From assembly GCF_009914755.1 (NCBI RefSeq), contig NC_060928.1: a DNA stretch of 64,000 bases; one strand, 5' to 3'. Positions 13,351-29,534 of this stretch are shown in pieces. The position numbers were made by a program, and so were the translations under genes. The notes beneath the pieces are model-generated. The model made no database searches. It saw only the letters and a program-made list of their open reading frames with translations, and was not told the DNA's origin. The first letter of the stretch is position 1, and each line of letters begins with the position of its first letter. The DNA is from the human T2T-CHM13v2.0 reference genome, Homo sapiens.

Positions 13351-14869
13351 TTCTAAATGATGATTAGCAGACAATAAAAATATGTCATTCTCCTGAGTTG
13401 TGTATCCCATTTGAATGGTCAGCAAAACCTGATGTGACATCTGGTTGACTATGAGGGTTATTCCTTTATTTCTGTATTCAACCATGCAAATATTGTACTA
13501 TTTTAAAAAAAACTCTTTTCATTTTATTTCTTTTGAGAGTTGGTTAAGTCCATTCCTTTTATATTCATAATGTCAGATACTAGAGTGATATTCAATTAAT
13601 ATTTGTCAGATTTATGAATATATGGAGAAAATGGAGCTCACTCTCAGGTACATATATCTATGGTGAAAGTATTACTTTTCAGTTCTATTACAAAACAGAT
13701 GTACTCTTAATTAAAAAAAATTGAAGTCCCATATACTCCTCCAAATCTAGTCAACAAGTAAATATTTTCAAGCTACTTTTAATTTTTGTTTTAAAAGTAG
13801 GAGACTAGTGGGTATAAAATAGTAAAAGAGCATTAGATATGAAACCTATGAGTTCACAAATATATACTTCACTTTCCAAATGAATGAGAATTACGATAAA
13901 CTGTTAATTCATCCACACAGAGTGGCACTACCTTATCATCAGAACTTCCCGTATCTGGATATTTGGTCTTGACTGTTTCACTGCGATATTCAGCTATTGC
14001 AAGAATATTTTCTTCACCTCTTCCACTGGTTCAAAGGGGTTCTTACTTTGGAGGTCTTCTAGAACACCATGCCTCAGTGCTCTCTACTGTATGTTTTTAA
14101 TACCCTCATTTTTCAGGACAAAGGTATTTGGAAAGCATTTGTCGACTGTTTTTCCAATAAACACTCACATAATAATTCACTGGGAAATATTATATTTATA
14201 TGTTTAATGCTTGCCTTGCTAATTGTTCCATATGTAATATTTCAGTGCCCAAGTGGATTATAAACTTTATAACCAGAAATTATGCCTCACAGTTTTCAAT
14301 ATTCCTTAGTGCAAGAGCAGAGCCAGGAATCACTCAGAATATCTAGTTTTTTCTGTCTGAATAGTATTATTTTATGCATTTAATTATGCAAAGATCCCTA
14401 GGAAATTCATTCTCAAAATAAAGACAGAGAGTAGGCACTTAACATATTTTGTTGAAAGAAATAATTAATGAGTAAATAAATGTTAAGCTTTAGGTTTTGC
14501 ATTTGCATAATGTGCAGGGACTGTTTTCCATAATCAAGGGACTATGAGGTTTGAAGAATTGCCCTTATGCAGTTTGATATTATTCAGTAATTTTCTCGAA
14601 ACACAGATGACATAAGCCAGATGGCTGATTTTCTATTTTTGTGTGTGTGCATGAAATCGTTTTTTCCTTTCTTATGGTATATGTGTTAAGTGTATCTATG
14701 GGACTTTGTGTGTCAGTTCTTTGAGTGGGGCCAACTAGTCCAGCAGTTGGCCTGATCTACAGGGTCATGAATATACGACCAAGAGAGAAAATAAAAATGA
14801 AGATTCAACAACAGAAATGTACATCAACTTATGGGAGAGGACATTATTGTTGCCAAGATACGTTGATGG

Positions 14870-14965
14870 TCTATTTTGTTCACTGCTCTGTCCCCAACAC
14901 TTAGAACAGTGTCTGGAGTATAGGAAATCCTCCATGAATAGTTATTTAATGAAGGAATAAGTGAG
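14870..14965 (+). mobile_element. L2 3' end
   Basis: tttgttcactgctctgtccccaacacttagaacagtgtctgg...aatgaaggaataa. Confidence 0.7.
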
Positions 14966-15299
14966 CAATATAGAAAAATGTTGAGTTCTCTAATCACAGG
15001 ACTTTGACTGACATATTGAGTGTGTGGAAGAGATGAGGAGTGTATTCCTACTCACAAATGACTTTCTAGGGACACCTTATTTTCAGTTTCTCCAAACCAT
15101 TCTGACTTAAGGCTGATCATTGTGGGAAAACAAAAGAATTTCAATACCTACTGTTTTATTACTGGCCTTGCAACTTAATTTTGTTTTATTAAATCCTTAA
15201 TACTGGTATTTCAGTGATCTGTGCTTTAAATGTAAAATAACTATGCAGAGTATATCACTTTGTATTTTCATATAATTCCCATATTTATGGTTTATTTTT

Positions 15300-15470
15300 G
15301 CTCTCATGGCAATCCTATTAAATGATTTTCACTTCCTCCTTTTAATAAATGAAGAAACAAAAGCTAAGTGAGCAAGTGTACAAGATCACTTATATAAGCT
15401 AAGAAAGACCAGTCCTGGGACTTCACCTCCAGGCTTCATATTTCAAAGTCCATCGTCTCTCCACAGCATA
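15300..15470 (-). mobile_element. MIR fragment
   Basis: aaatgaagaaacaaaagct...caagatcac. Confidence 0.5.
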
Positions 15471-18400
15471 TTATATCAATGATCAATTCCCATGGGTCTG
15501 TGTTTTATTTTTACCTATTTATTACCAACTAACACCTAGTAGAGTCCTCAGACTTACAGCACTCCTCAGGGTAAACTGTCTATAGAGTGTATTTGAAGGT
15601 CAGATAAAACTTATGAATAATAGATAGTGATACAAACAAATATAAAGCAAAGCACAAATGTTTATCAAGTTTTAGCAGCAACTCAGTCATGTGCAGTGAC
15701 TATGAAGATAATGGATGCTGTTGTTTTCAGGAACCAGTTTTAAAGTCATAATGTGACATAAACTGTGATCTAAAAATTCAGAAGTGTGCAGTAGGACATT
15801 TCATTTGTTCCTGTTTTGTCTCTTTGTGATTGATAGTGTTTTACTTAGACTTCTGGTGGGAAAATAGAATTACTCTAGATGGCTTAAATGTAGTGACTTC
15901 AAGGAATGAATTCCTTATCAGGACAGAGAAAAGCAGAGAATGATCCTATAGGAGTGAGGGCTGTGGATGGCCAATGGAGAATAATTAACACAAATACTCA
16001 TAGTGAGAATTGTATAATTAATTTCTGAACATTATTTTTAATCTCTACAATTATGTCTCTTTCTATATAATGCTCTTCAGATAAAGAGTACATGGTACAA
16101 TTGGAGATTAAAATTGGTATTGTACAGCCATCATTCTTTTTCAACAATTTGACCATACAGAATTTAATCTCCCCATTTAAGATTATATAATATTTGATAC
16201 CAACTATTATGTTTTGTGATCTTTGAAAGAGGAAACCACAAATGTTATGATCATACCGTGAACATTCGAGCAGTTATCATCTGACAATAGTTGTTTTTAC
16301 CAGTTTATTATTTACCATGCACATTCTGCCATTTCATGATCTTGCTGCATGAAAACAAACTCTGTTCTATGACCATTCTAATCCTGTCACTGCTAGGAAG
16401 TCACAGCAAATCCTTAATGTATAAACTGCTTTTATACTGTCCACTGCTTTTTGTCAGTGATGGAAAGCTTCTGAGTTCCTTAGTTCATTCTATTCACTGA
16501 TCAATGCAGCTCTCAATAGGCAAAAGCCAATTCTGTCAACAAACTGTGCTGACTTGGGAGAAGAAACCTGTCTGCTAAGACCATGGGGTGACACCTGGAA
16601 CAAAGTCATCTTCAAGGACATCTTCAAGGCTGTTAGTTTTACTTTCAACGTATGAGAGGTCATAAAAGCCTAAATAGATTGTTGTAGGGGACATTCTGAG
16701 ATAAAATATATAGTGGGAATATTTGGTGGAGAGTTTAAAAAGACAAGTGGCTACTCATTATGTAAGTCTGCAGGCTTATGGTGATAAACCTCAAGGGAAA
16801 TGTTTCCTATCAATTGAAAAACCTCTGTATAAACTTTGGGACATCATCTTGAAGGAGGGGACAGTTTATCTTTCTGTAATTGTTGTTAATTTTGTCCATA
16901 AAGAAATCTCCTAGTTTTCAAGCTAGATAAGTATACTTTGGTGAAATGCATCCAATATTTTTTAGACATTTGCCTTTTTATTATTTTTACTTTTGATCTT
17001 AAACTTACATTATTCTGTCAGTCAAATTATATTGTCTTTATAGTCTATTTTACTTGACATGCATTCAGCAATCAAAGTATGGATGAAAATATTGTCTAAT
17101 ATGAATTCTCTCATATTCCATGCCTTTGGGAATGTAGTTTAAAGTGTTTCATTAGCTTTAGAGGCTGAAGCATTCTGCGTGCTTTATAGCATACAGTAAG
17201 GGGTATTCTCCCTCACAGCTTGCAATGTAACTTTGGATTATAGGGTACTCTTTATATAATCTGAAATATATCTTTCAGTCTCTGTGTCAGTTGCCACAGA
17301 AAAAAATAAAGATGCTATCACTAACATAATTTTGTTATTACAAATATGATTATTATATAATTACATATTTTTGTAATTATCAAATTTGTATACATTCAAA
17401 TGTAATAAGATCCCACTAAACATACTAAAATATATTATGGTAATCATTAATTTAAAACTCCTAGAAAGATTCTAACAAAATAACTAGCCTATGTTAAGTC
17501 ACTCTCTTCGAAAAGATGACTTATAGGAACATTTTAAGTTTATCAAAGACACTTTTTCCCAGGATAACATTGATCTTAGCTGAATCTGCACATGAAAAGC
17601 TCAGCAGTTAGGGAATAAGAAATCCACAAGTCCTGGATGAAGAAATGAGTAGCATAATGATCTGATGTACATGGGCCCAGTCTAGGGAAGCTGGTGAAGC
17701 AGCTAACACTAGAAGGGAGGCTATCACAGAGGAGATGGCTAAGTTTACATCTCTATCTGTATCTATTCCTCTATTATCAGCTATAAAAATGAGAAGTATT
17801 ACCAGTAAGGAAAGGCAAGTTTTGGGTAACTTGAAAAAGATCTCAAAGAAATAAAGAAAAATAAGGATTATTGAGTGCCCTCTGTTCCTTTGACACTTGA
17901 TCCTCCCGTTTCCTGCAAGTCACATGACAATGAGCAAGTTTGGTTTTACTAACTGAAAGATTGTAACTAACTTCTGTAAGACTGCAGGAAGAAGCTAGAA
18001 AGTGGCTGGGCTGGCATTCTCACCAGGTCTCCCCTTTCGCCGCCTGCTCCAGCAGAAGGAATGTGGTGGCAATAACCAATGGAGCCTGTGAGTGACATGT
18101 TTGCCTGGCCACAGTGAGGCTGTTGGCTTGTTGGTTGGGGGAGAAGGCAGTTGGAGAAGATGAAGTGGGGTGGAAATAAATGTGGGTTAAAAGAAGGAAA
18201 AATTGATAAAGGTCTTAGAACTCAGCAGCAGCTGAGTGAAATATGAAATAGAGGGTAGCAAGCTAGTCCCCACATTGCCATATTGTTCTAATTCTTACCT
18301 GTGCATAATATTATTTGTTCAAAGCCTCTAGTTGCCTATTTCAGACAGACGCTTCGTCACCAGGATCATTCCTTATGACTTCTCTAACCTAATGGAAGTG

Positions 18401-19639
18401 GAAGTCACTAGCAGTGGCCTCAAGGCAGTCGGTGAAAGTGACTGAATAGGTGAACATGCTTGCTCTATCTCCAACTCAAAAGACACCTGGCTAAGGTCCG
18501 TTGGGCTTCTGTTGACCATATTTACAGTAAAAAAAAAAAAAAAAAGAAAGAAAACAGAAACAAAAACAAAAACAAAACTTTCCTAAAGCTGTGTATTTAA
18601 TTAAGTGGGTTTGAATGTCCCTCAAGATAAAGAGTTGAAGTATATGAAACATACATAGTCCAACTCAAACTCTAAATATGTTATTTCCTTGATTCAAATG
18701 TAAAAGCTCAGTTTTAGATACTGATAGATTTTCCAATGCACAAAGATGCATTTTTGTACCCCTATTCATTTATTTATAGTTTTAATAGATAGTAAATAAA
18801 TCACACCTTTTTTGTTAAAGAAAAGAAAGTTTTTTAAAAAGCTGGAGTCAAAGTGGTCATTATACCCAAAATTGCTCCTCACTATTTCAAGCTAGACACA
18901 AAGTATCCTACTTATATATGAAGACCACACATTCAACTGGATAACATACAACTACTAATTGAAATGTGGGAATCAGATATGTATGGTAAAAATTTAAGAA
19001 TGTAGAAGTTGGCACTTACAATGTTATTGGTAGTACACAAATTAAAGTTCCGAAGAGCTCAGGGAGGTCTAGAGATAGAAAAAGTACCCAGGTCATCCCA
19101 TTTGTCAATTCTGGTGATGAATAAAACAAAGGAAGTCATAAAAACGCAGAATAAGGGATGTGATTTGGTTATGGTGAATAATCATTTCCAAAGCAAATGT
19201 TGTCCCATCTGAATCACATAGCCCATCCTATTGGCCATCAAATTCTTCTCAACCTTCTTTCCCTCTTCTGCACTCTAACAAAGAGACTACGGTGGAGTTT
19301 ATAGAAGCTTCTACAACGTGGTTTTGTTGTATATAGATGTGTATGTATGTCTATGAATATGTCTCCCCCCTATCTAGTTTTAGAAACCGGTATTCCTAAG
19401 TTATGGCTTTATTTTCTTCACTATTGATGTTCTTGGAAGAGTAAAATTGCTAGTTCATTCTCATTAGTCACTGTTTTTTCATTTCTCTTTCAATTCTCTG
19501 AAGCTCTTCTGAATGTCAAAAACATGAGGGCTCCATTTTAGTATCCCTAGTTGTTGATTGCCTGTGTCTCGTGACGTTTATTGTGACAGGTATACCATGA
19601 CTTAGTTTACATCGCTGGTGTTTAACTTCCACCTGTGTT

Positions 19640-19940
19640 CCATTCATTCAACAAATTTGACAGCAGTATTTATTGACTGCCTTTAATGTGTCAGACACTG
19701 TTTCAGTTGAGTGATATAATCAGAATCCTTACTCCAGTACAAAAAAAAAAGGACATGCTAATTACTCTCAGAGAACCTAGGATCAACTTACATGACTAGA
19801 CACTAATAAAGAACCACACAAATGAATATAAAACTATATTTGTGGCAAGTGCCACAAAAGAGAAGAATGTGGTGCTATGAACACATAAACCCTTCTTCTC
19901 AGGGAGGTCAAAAACCACTTCTGTGAGAAAGGTAATGTTT
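19640..19940 (-). mobile_element. L2 3' end
   Basis: cattcattcaacaaat...tatttattgactgcc...tgtgtcagacactg. Confidence 0.7.
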
Positions 19941-21972
19941 CAGCCTTGTTTGCTTCTCAGTTATTTGATAAACTTGTGAATCACTTTATCACCTATAAAT
20001 GATTTTCTTTTCAGATGACTATTGGAATAGTGAGTAATATATACTATTTTTACTGTCCTTACCACTTATCTTTGACTTTGTTTTAAAGTCTTTTCCAAAA
20101 AAGTTATACACTTTTTTATCACTCATTCAAACTCTAATTAATACATCTACCTAATTTTAATAAATGGCTGTTGGAGTGATTTAACTGGTAAACAAAAGGT
20201 ATAGAGGCTTTTGATCAGAATGAAAGCAGTGTTCAGACAACAAAAATTACAGGGATTTTGCTAAATAATAATAGCATATATGACAGGCAGTATTTATAAT
20301 AGATACATTTTGTGAACTTAATTATACATCTTTCGGGGAGATAGAGAAAAGTGAGGAAGAATTGTCTTTTGCTAAAACTGTTAATGATAAATTCTCATTA
20401 GGTAAGTTAGGTGATTTGAAGAATGGTACCTTTGTGTATGAGAGTATTTATAGATATGTAGCAATAAAAGCATATCAACATTTTAGGTCATAGGTGATTT
20501 TATACAGTGCTTTATCAAAGACCAATATTCAAAGGCACAACAATTTATTGCATTTCTACTGTGGACAATATGGGAGACCTTGGTATTCTAAGCACATGTT
20601 GTGAGGAAAATCCTCATTATTTTTCTCAATTTATTCAAGGGAATATTAATTCAGAGAAGGAAAATCATCATTACTGAGGACTACAGTATGTTAGATGCTC
20701 TATATTCTACTGGTGTTTTTTTCCATAGTCTCCTTATCATTCACACTTCAATCAATGGACAAGCACCTATTGAGCACCTGCTTTATATTCAATTCTGGGC
20801 TGTACACGAAGGAATTATAAGACACGATTCTTGACCTTGAGAGGTTTTCCATCTGGTTCGTAAGATAAGGCTTAGACCTAAGACTCAATTAGAGAAAAAC
20901 ACATTGACTATTGATGCAAGGTCTCTCCTCTTGTGCTCAGCCATTTATATTCCAACATTCTTTCTTTTCCTTTCTTGATTATTGACTCTGGTCCCAGGCA
21001 GAAGGTCTATATTTTGAGCAGTAGAAATGCAGGATTCTAGTATGAAGGAATGTTAGCAAAAACAATGCAGCTGTAAAAATCCATATAAAGCTAGCAGATT
21101 CCTGTAGGGAAAAGTAATTTCTTCCTGCTAAATTTTGAAAATTTTCCTAGGGTAAGGTATGTTCTCATACAAAAAAAAAGAGTATTGCCTATTTGAGTTT
21201 TTAAATTCTTCTTTTGTCTGTTGGCATTTGAAATTATAGAAAACTTTCTTAAGGATTGGAATGAACTCCTGGCATCACTAAGTAAGCTTTGCTACAAACG
21301 GCAATGCTATCTGGCCATTAGTGGCCAGCATACCACTAAAGGAAAATATTTTAATTATTGCAGATTGCCCCTAGAGACTGATTTACATTTTGGGAATTGG
21401 AAAGCTTAAAAGCAGTCATTCAAATGTATTCAGAGAAAGCCCAGATATGGTGCGTACAAGTCATCTAACATATTCTCAACCTTTCACTTGTATATTGGTG
21501 TCAGGGTTTTTCTGACCTTGATGGAAAGATACTTCTTTAAAGGTACAGATATGTATACCAAGGCTGAAGTATGACTTGATAATTTAGGGAAGATGTACAC
21601 TTAGTGAACAAATTTAGCAATCCAAGAAAAAAAAAAACAATCATTGGTGCCACTTTGGGAGAAAGCCACTTATGCTTTACCCTGGTAATCATTAATAGTT
21701 AGGGAGGGGTAACCAAATAACATCTTCACAGGTTTCTCCTTTCTAGGATTTTGAGGTATGAAGTGAGATAAGAAACAAGGGGTAATTTAAACACTCAGAT
21801 CTGAAATATTTGCTCAACAGTTTTAATATCAGGGCTCAAGAAAGGAAGTAGAAAATTATTACTTCCTTTTTGCAAATAAATCTGCCTATAAAAGACTCTT
21901 AAATGAGCAATGTATTTTGAGTACACCGTAGTTATATGTTGATTATTTTTATTTTACTATTTTGACTTTATA

Positions 21973-22052
21973 TTAGGTTAAATTATATGATATTGCAATT
22001 TTTGCATGCAAAACCCTATAATATAATGGCAATTTGGTGGGGTTCAACCTCA
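21973..22052. mobile_element. MADE2-like 80-bp mariner MITE
   Basis: ttaggttaaattatatgatattgcaattt...ggcaatttggtggggttcaacctca; inverted ends and an upstream TA. Confidence 0.7.
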
Positions 22053-23407
22053 TCAGTAAGCTGTGAGGGAAAGGCAACTATACTTATTATGGTGTGCAAT
22101 GGCCTCCAAGTGCCCCTCTGTAAGACACAGGATGGTCAGTAAAGCCCCATCCACTGAACTGTGTATTCTCTACTGGTATAATTGTGTCTCCACGCACCTA
22201 TTTGACTTGTAATTGAACTACTACCTAAAAATATTTTGAACTCTCTTACCATGACTCATTGACTTTGAGAATTCTACCAAAGAAGAGTAAGTATTTGATT
22301 TTATGTTTGAGGGTATAGTTACCATGACATAACAAAGACTTTTGAGATCTTGGTATCAGTATAGAGATGTGTATACCTATTCAGTTATTGGAAATAATCA
22401 AACTCAACAAATTTTGATTTCTATCAGTCATCAATAGCTTCTGAGCTTATAAGAGAAAGTTGATTTTATTATACAATGATAAAGGGCCAATATTGTAAAT
22501 ATTGGCATTCCAATTTACTTTACATTACTAATGACATTTGGGTCCTGATGGATTTTGCAAAGAATTCGTTTCCACTTTTCTGCTAATGTACATTTAATTA
22601 ATACTGTCATTGAATTCACAGACAGTTGTGGGAATGTGTAAATGGTAAATATATCATGGAATATGAGAGGTTTTTTTACACAATGAGAAAGTCTCGGCTC
22701 CTGAATATAAAGCTTTGCACAGTCTCTAAGATCTGAACCAAAACGATTTGGTTTATCTATACAGCAAAGCTACAAACACAAAGCTACAAGATGGTATTTT
22801 TGTTAGGAATGAAGATAAAATGGTTTCCTATATGTTCCATTTAGCAAATGAGAGAATTACTTTCCTTCCTTCCAAGTCTTTACTAGAGAAATAAAAGGTA
22901 ACATAAAGAGATGTATGAGTAAGGCAAACTTTTTAAACTTGCAATTTTTTTTGTACTAAGCTGACAAACCATTTTACTGCTTAATTTAGATCCACTGTCT
23001 TACTTTTTCAAACAACATTTTAATGTGAGTTAAGAGAATTATTTAACACACATTAAAATGTTGTTTGAAGAAATAAATGGTCATAATCTATAAAACAAAT
23101 TTGAAAAATCATATCAAAGTACATATTGAGAAGAAAGTGTTTGAAATTCTGTTATTATAGAAAATAAACTGTAATTTTGCTTTTTAGGCTTTTCTAGGCT
23201 AAATTACCATCTAATAGATACCAGGTAGTTTTACTAAATTTAAATTGCTTAAGTGAAAGGAAAATTGAAAAAAAGCCTTTGCAACTTTCAAATTTGAAAC
23301 ACTTTTTCTGATGTCTTTATTCTGAAGATTTGAAAAGTATTGTGTTTCTGAAGGAGTGACAGAACTAGGTTTACAATATGGAAAATAATGACTTTTAAAA
23401 TGACCTT

Positions 23408-23698
<291 letters not shown>

Positions 23699-24381
23699 TT
23701 ATTTTTACTAGCATGAGTTTTTATTTTTAAACCACTCATCACATTATTAAAATTAATCTCCATCAAAATAATTTAGTGTTTAGAGGATTTATTTTTAAAA
23801 ATAAAAATTTTTTATGGCTCCTTGAAATATCATATCAATATTTATAAATAAACACAAATAAAATTTTTAAAAATCTAATGTAGTGGTATTTCAAATCAAT
23901 ATTCAATAAGGAAGAATACCCAGAGGCCTATTTTAAACATCGCCAATAATTCAATGTGACCAATCTTCTGATGCACCTACTAAGAATACTCAGTTGGCTA
24001 ATTTCTTCTCAGTAGTCAGCAAGATAGATGAATACAATAAAATCCTTGCCCTTGAGATGATACCAGTCTAGAAGTTATAAGCAGCTATAAGCAGCATATG
24101 TTTCTATCAATTTTATTGGAGCATAGTTTACTACAACATGTATATACATAATTTACATACAGTTTATGTATACATTAAGTGTACAGTCTGATGAGTTTTG
24201 ACAAATATATATACCCTTGTAACAATCACCTTATACAAAATATAAAATATTTTCTTCACGCCAGAAATTTTCCTTGTATTTATAATCACATCTGGCTCCA
24301 TGCAATAACTCTTCTGATTTTTTCCCCACCATAGACTAGTTTTGCCTATTTCAGAATGCTATATGAATGAAAATATATAAT

Positions 24382-25115
<734 letters not shown>

Positions 25116-26364
25116 ACAATATATATTTTTTTGTGTCTAGCGTCTTTAGCTTAACATAATTTTTTGAAAATAATCCATATTATTTCAAAAATTAGTAATC
25201 AGTTCCTTTTCATTGCTGAGTTGTACCAATTGCATGATGATATCATAGTTTATTCATTCAATTCTTGATAGATATTTGGGTTGATAACAGGCTAGAAGTC
25301 AAGATCAGCACATTTTCTAAGTAGTAATTATATCACGTAATCACTGAAACAATAGAGATACTTATAAAATGCCATAAAAAAACAGAAGAAGGAGTGATTA
25401 ATTATGCAGAAGAAAACTTCACAGGTGGGTTGACGTTTGAGTTGGACCTCAAACAATGAGCTTTTATTCTTCACGATAGTGTGGAAGGCCTGACCTAGTA
25501 CACTATTAGAAAGAAATTAGAATTTTACCCAAATTTCTAGACTTAGAGTTTTATATATGTATTCCTATGCATAAGTATTTTAAAATAGTGCTTCTCCTTC
25601 AAAAAGCTTACAGGAGTTATGCTTCATTTGAAAGTAAAGAGGTGACCCTTCTATAAGCATCTTAAAACCTTTAACTCTTCCTTCATCAGGTCATCAGCAT
25701 GCGTCAGTCACCAGTGGCTCAATAAAATTTTGAGGTGTTAGTGGGGTGCAGTCCACTCTCCTCAATGCTTAATTTAATGAATTATTAATTTAATTAATAT
25801 GGCTTGTGTATGCTTTCCTAATCTTATGTAGCGTATAAGTAAGAATATCCTTGGGAAATGCTGCTATTTTTATTGATATACAACCTATAATTGAAGTAAG
25901 TGTACTTGTTTGTTAACTATAGCTTCAAAGCAAGTTTTTTGAATCTCTGGTCCACCTTGCAAGCAGAAAGCTGTCCTGCAGAGCCTCTGATGTAGGAATT
26001 CTCTTGTAGCTACTGCCTAGCGCATGGTCCCATCTTTCTCCTCTCAGTCCCCTTGCCACAGGCCAGCCCTGTTTCAAATGACTCTGTTGGCGGTAGGAAA
26101 TCTATTTCTGTGCAGTTTGACTAATCAGAATGCATGAATCTATGCTTTTCATATGTATGCTTTTCAGATAAAATATTTGAATAAAATGGTCTCCCTTAGG
26201 GACAGTCATGCTTAGAGCTAACTATATATTCAATATTAAAGGGGGAAATAAAACAAAAGAAATAAAGACATTAAAGAGATAAAAGTAGCATGTATGAAAT
26301 AATTAATGACTAGTTAAATTTCTGACAATGAATACAGTGTATTAATAGGTAATTGAGAGACATA

Positions 26365-26600
26365 TTGATAGTGGTTGAGTGTAGAATTTTGGAACCAAAC
26401 TGCTTGGCTTGAATTCTGGTTCTATTCTTTTACTAGCTGTGTGAACTTGCATGAGTTACTTAGTTGTTTTGGACCATCTGTGAAATAGGGATGATAATAA
26501 TAGCATCTATTTAACGGGGTTATTGTGAGGATTATGTGAGTTATATGTATTAAGCACTTACAATATTGCCTGGTCCATAGTAAATAATATATAACGTTTG
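26365..26600 (+). mobile_element. MIR
   Basis: ggaaccaaactgcttggcttgaattctgg...tactagctgtgtgaacttg...gttattgtgaggatt. Confidence 0.85.
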
Positions 26601-27430
26601 CTCTTGAAGCTGCTGCTAACGATGCTGCTGCTAATTTTAGCTGTAGTAAGTTCCAATAAGAAAGAGGCAAGGACGAGCACTGCATATTTGGGTTACATGG
26701 AATAGACAGATTTGGAAGACTCCCTCATAGGGCACTTACTGGAGGAAAATAATGAACAATAAATTGGAAAGGTATATTGGGCTAGATTATGACACCTTGA
26801 ACATGAGACTAAGTTTGAACATGGCATGCTCTGCATTTGGCAGCTATTGAAAGTTTTGGATTATATAAAACACATGTTTCAGAAGTATCGGCCTGGTGAT
26901 AGTACTGAGAGGTGAGCCTCTAGAAGCTCTAAAACTGGGAAGAACAATGAAGTCATCATTTAGATGTGAGGCAAAGGGCTGGCAGTGAAGGGTGGACAAA
27001 GCTGGTTAGCATGGAGGGAATGCGGAGGACAGACTAAAGAAATGTTTTGGTTGTGGGAGCGGGAAGAATGACATCTTCTACTGTTGGTATAGTTGGGAAA
27101 GGTGAAATGATGATTGAATCCAGGTTATTTAGCATTCTGTGAATGATAAAACTACTACTAACTGATTTTATAGTATTACAAGATTCTGAATGGCTTCTGA
27201 ATCTTAAATCAAGCCTGAATTGTGTTTATGATAGTGTTAATAATATGATTATTTTTTCTAATTAATTGGAAATTGGCTACTTGTTTATGTTATGTAAGAC
27301 GACATCACTAGTCTTCATATTTGATTGATCTGAATGTTACATTCCATAGCCATGTTAGGAAGCAGAATTTTTTTCCTATAATCCTTAAAATATGTTTTAT
27401 TTTTCTTTTCACTTGAAGGTTGTAATTTGA

Positions 27431-27500
27431 GTTAGTAGTTAGTAGTAGTTTTAGTAGTAGTCGTAGTAGAAGTAGTAGTTAGTAGCAGTTCATAGTAGTT
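27431..27500. repeat. Degenerate (TAG)n simple repeat
   Basis: Directly visible. Confidence 0.8.
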
Positions 27501-28259
27501 TCATCATTCACAGAAAGCTAAATAACCCAGATTAAATCATCATCCTCCTTGTCTCAACTACACCAACAGTTGATGATGTAATTTTTCCTGCTCCCACAAC
27601 CAAAACATTCCTTTACTCCACCATTCTCATTCTCTCCATGCTAAACAGCTTTGTTCTCCTCCCACTGCCAGCCTTTTGCCTCTCATCTAAATGATGACTT
27701 CATTGTCTTCCCAGTTTCTGAGTCCATAAGGGGCCCACCTGTCAGTACTACTGCCAGGCTGATAATTCTCAATATGCAAATTTTTGTAAATGACCCTTAA
27801 TTTAATGTCTCCATTTTATGTTTAAATTCTTGAAATTCTAAAGTATCACTATGAAAAGTAAATACTATTAGAGTATTTCCTCAATGATTTGTTAATTTTG
27901 TCTTAGACATTTTTGTAACTATGTTAAGCTTTAATCTATTAAATATTCAAGTGCCTACTTTCTGTTTAATTATTCCTTTATTCATTTCTTTACATTTTGG
28001 AAACCCTAGTTAGTATAAGGTACTGAACTGTATAAGCTGATGGTCTAAATGTGAAGTGGTATTGTTCAATAGGAACAAAAGGAAGGGAAAAACTTCAGCA
28101 TCTAGATCAAAAAATGTACATTCATGTTCTTTCTCAGATACTTGCTGGGTTTATGCCTTGAGAAAGTTACTTTAGCCTCTTGGATCCTATATATAGCAGG
28201 GCCATCAGCTCTAATTTTAAGGGTTTTTTCAGGAGTATTTGGAATTTATGTGAAGCCAT

Positions 28260-28326
28260 TTATATACATACATATATGTATATATATATACACACATACA
28301 TATATATATACACATACATATATGTA
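28260..28326. repeat. Compound (TA)n/(CA)n microsatellite
   Basis: Directly visible. Confidence 0.85.
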
Positions 28327-28694
28327 AATTTTTTTGCAAGACAATGAGTCAGACATGTTAAAATATGATGGATTCCAGTTAGTCCTTACAATTGTTACAA
28401 CTCCCTGCCTTTCATCTTTCTCAGATAATTCCACTGGCATTTAAAACACCTTTTCTTAACAGTTGTTCAGCTTTTCTTTTTTTCGCCAGTCCAGTTCTCT
28501 TGAAAGTTGAGCTTGGGGTTTGATTTGCATGAGTAACTCCCTAGCATCTAGGGAGGCCTGACTGCGCTACACAGGTGACTGCAGATCGTGTCACACGGAC
28601 TGAATTAACACTCACTAGCCATGCTATCATGAAATTCTTAGGACTTATATCCTTGTACTTTCTCAACTAAAATGATCCAGTGCTCTACAGTTTC

Positions 28695-29060
<366 letters not shown>

Positions 29061-29534
29061 TAAAGGACCTAGCGCATGAGCCTCATTCTTTCCCCTTGGG
29101 CTGAGACTATCAGGTATGCTGCAGCAGGGCTGTGCTTCATTTGCTGCTTTCTGCAAAGGATGCGCAAGAGACAGCTTCTGAGCCCTTTCACGTTACTGCT
29201 TCCAAGCTGCTGAAGGGGAAAGAGCAAAGTCAATGTGGCAGAAAGTTCACATGGAAGGATGTGCCAAGTCTCAGCACTTTAAATGTAAAAACTCAAAATG
29301 AAATATATATGCATAAATATCAAGATGAGAAAATATTAGCAGTAGATCTGGAACATGAGGCTATGCATATACAACATGTATATGATATGTATTAATATAT
29401 GGGTCAAAATCCAGGTATCAGATTTTGGCAAAAGCATAAATACATAAATAGTTTGATAACCAAGCCTACTTTTTGTCATGGAATTTTTGAATGTCTGGGG
29501 CTATTCTACACTAGAAATTACATTTACATAATAT

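Noticed and set aside
16608-16630. Micro-duplications of 10-15 bp (catcttcaagg twice; also near 22765, 26140, 45582, 50260, 60260)
   Set aside because: Ordinary slippage duplications expected at this density.
28522-28531. Octamer ATTTGCAT motifs (also near 7641, 14501, 30332)
   Set aside because: Expected by chance in AT-rich DNA; no adjacent snRNA gene or convincing composite site.
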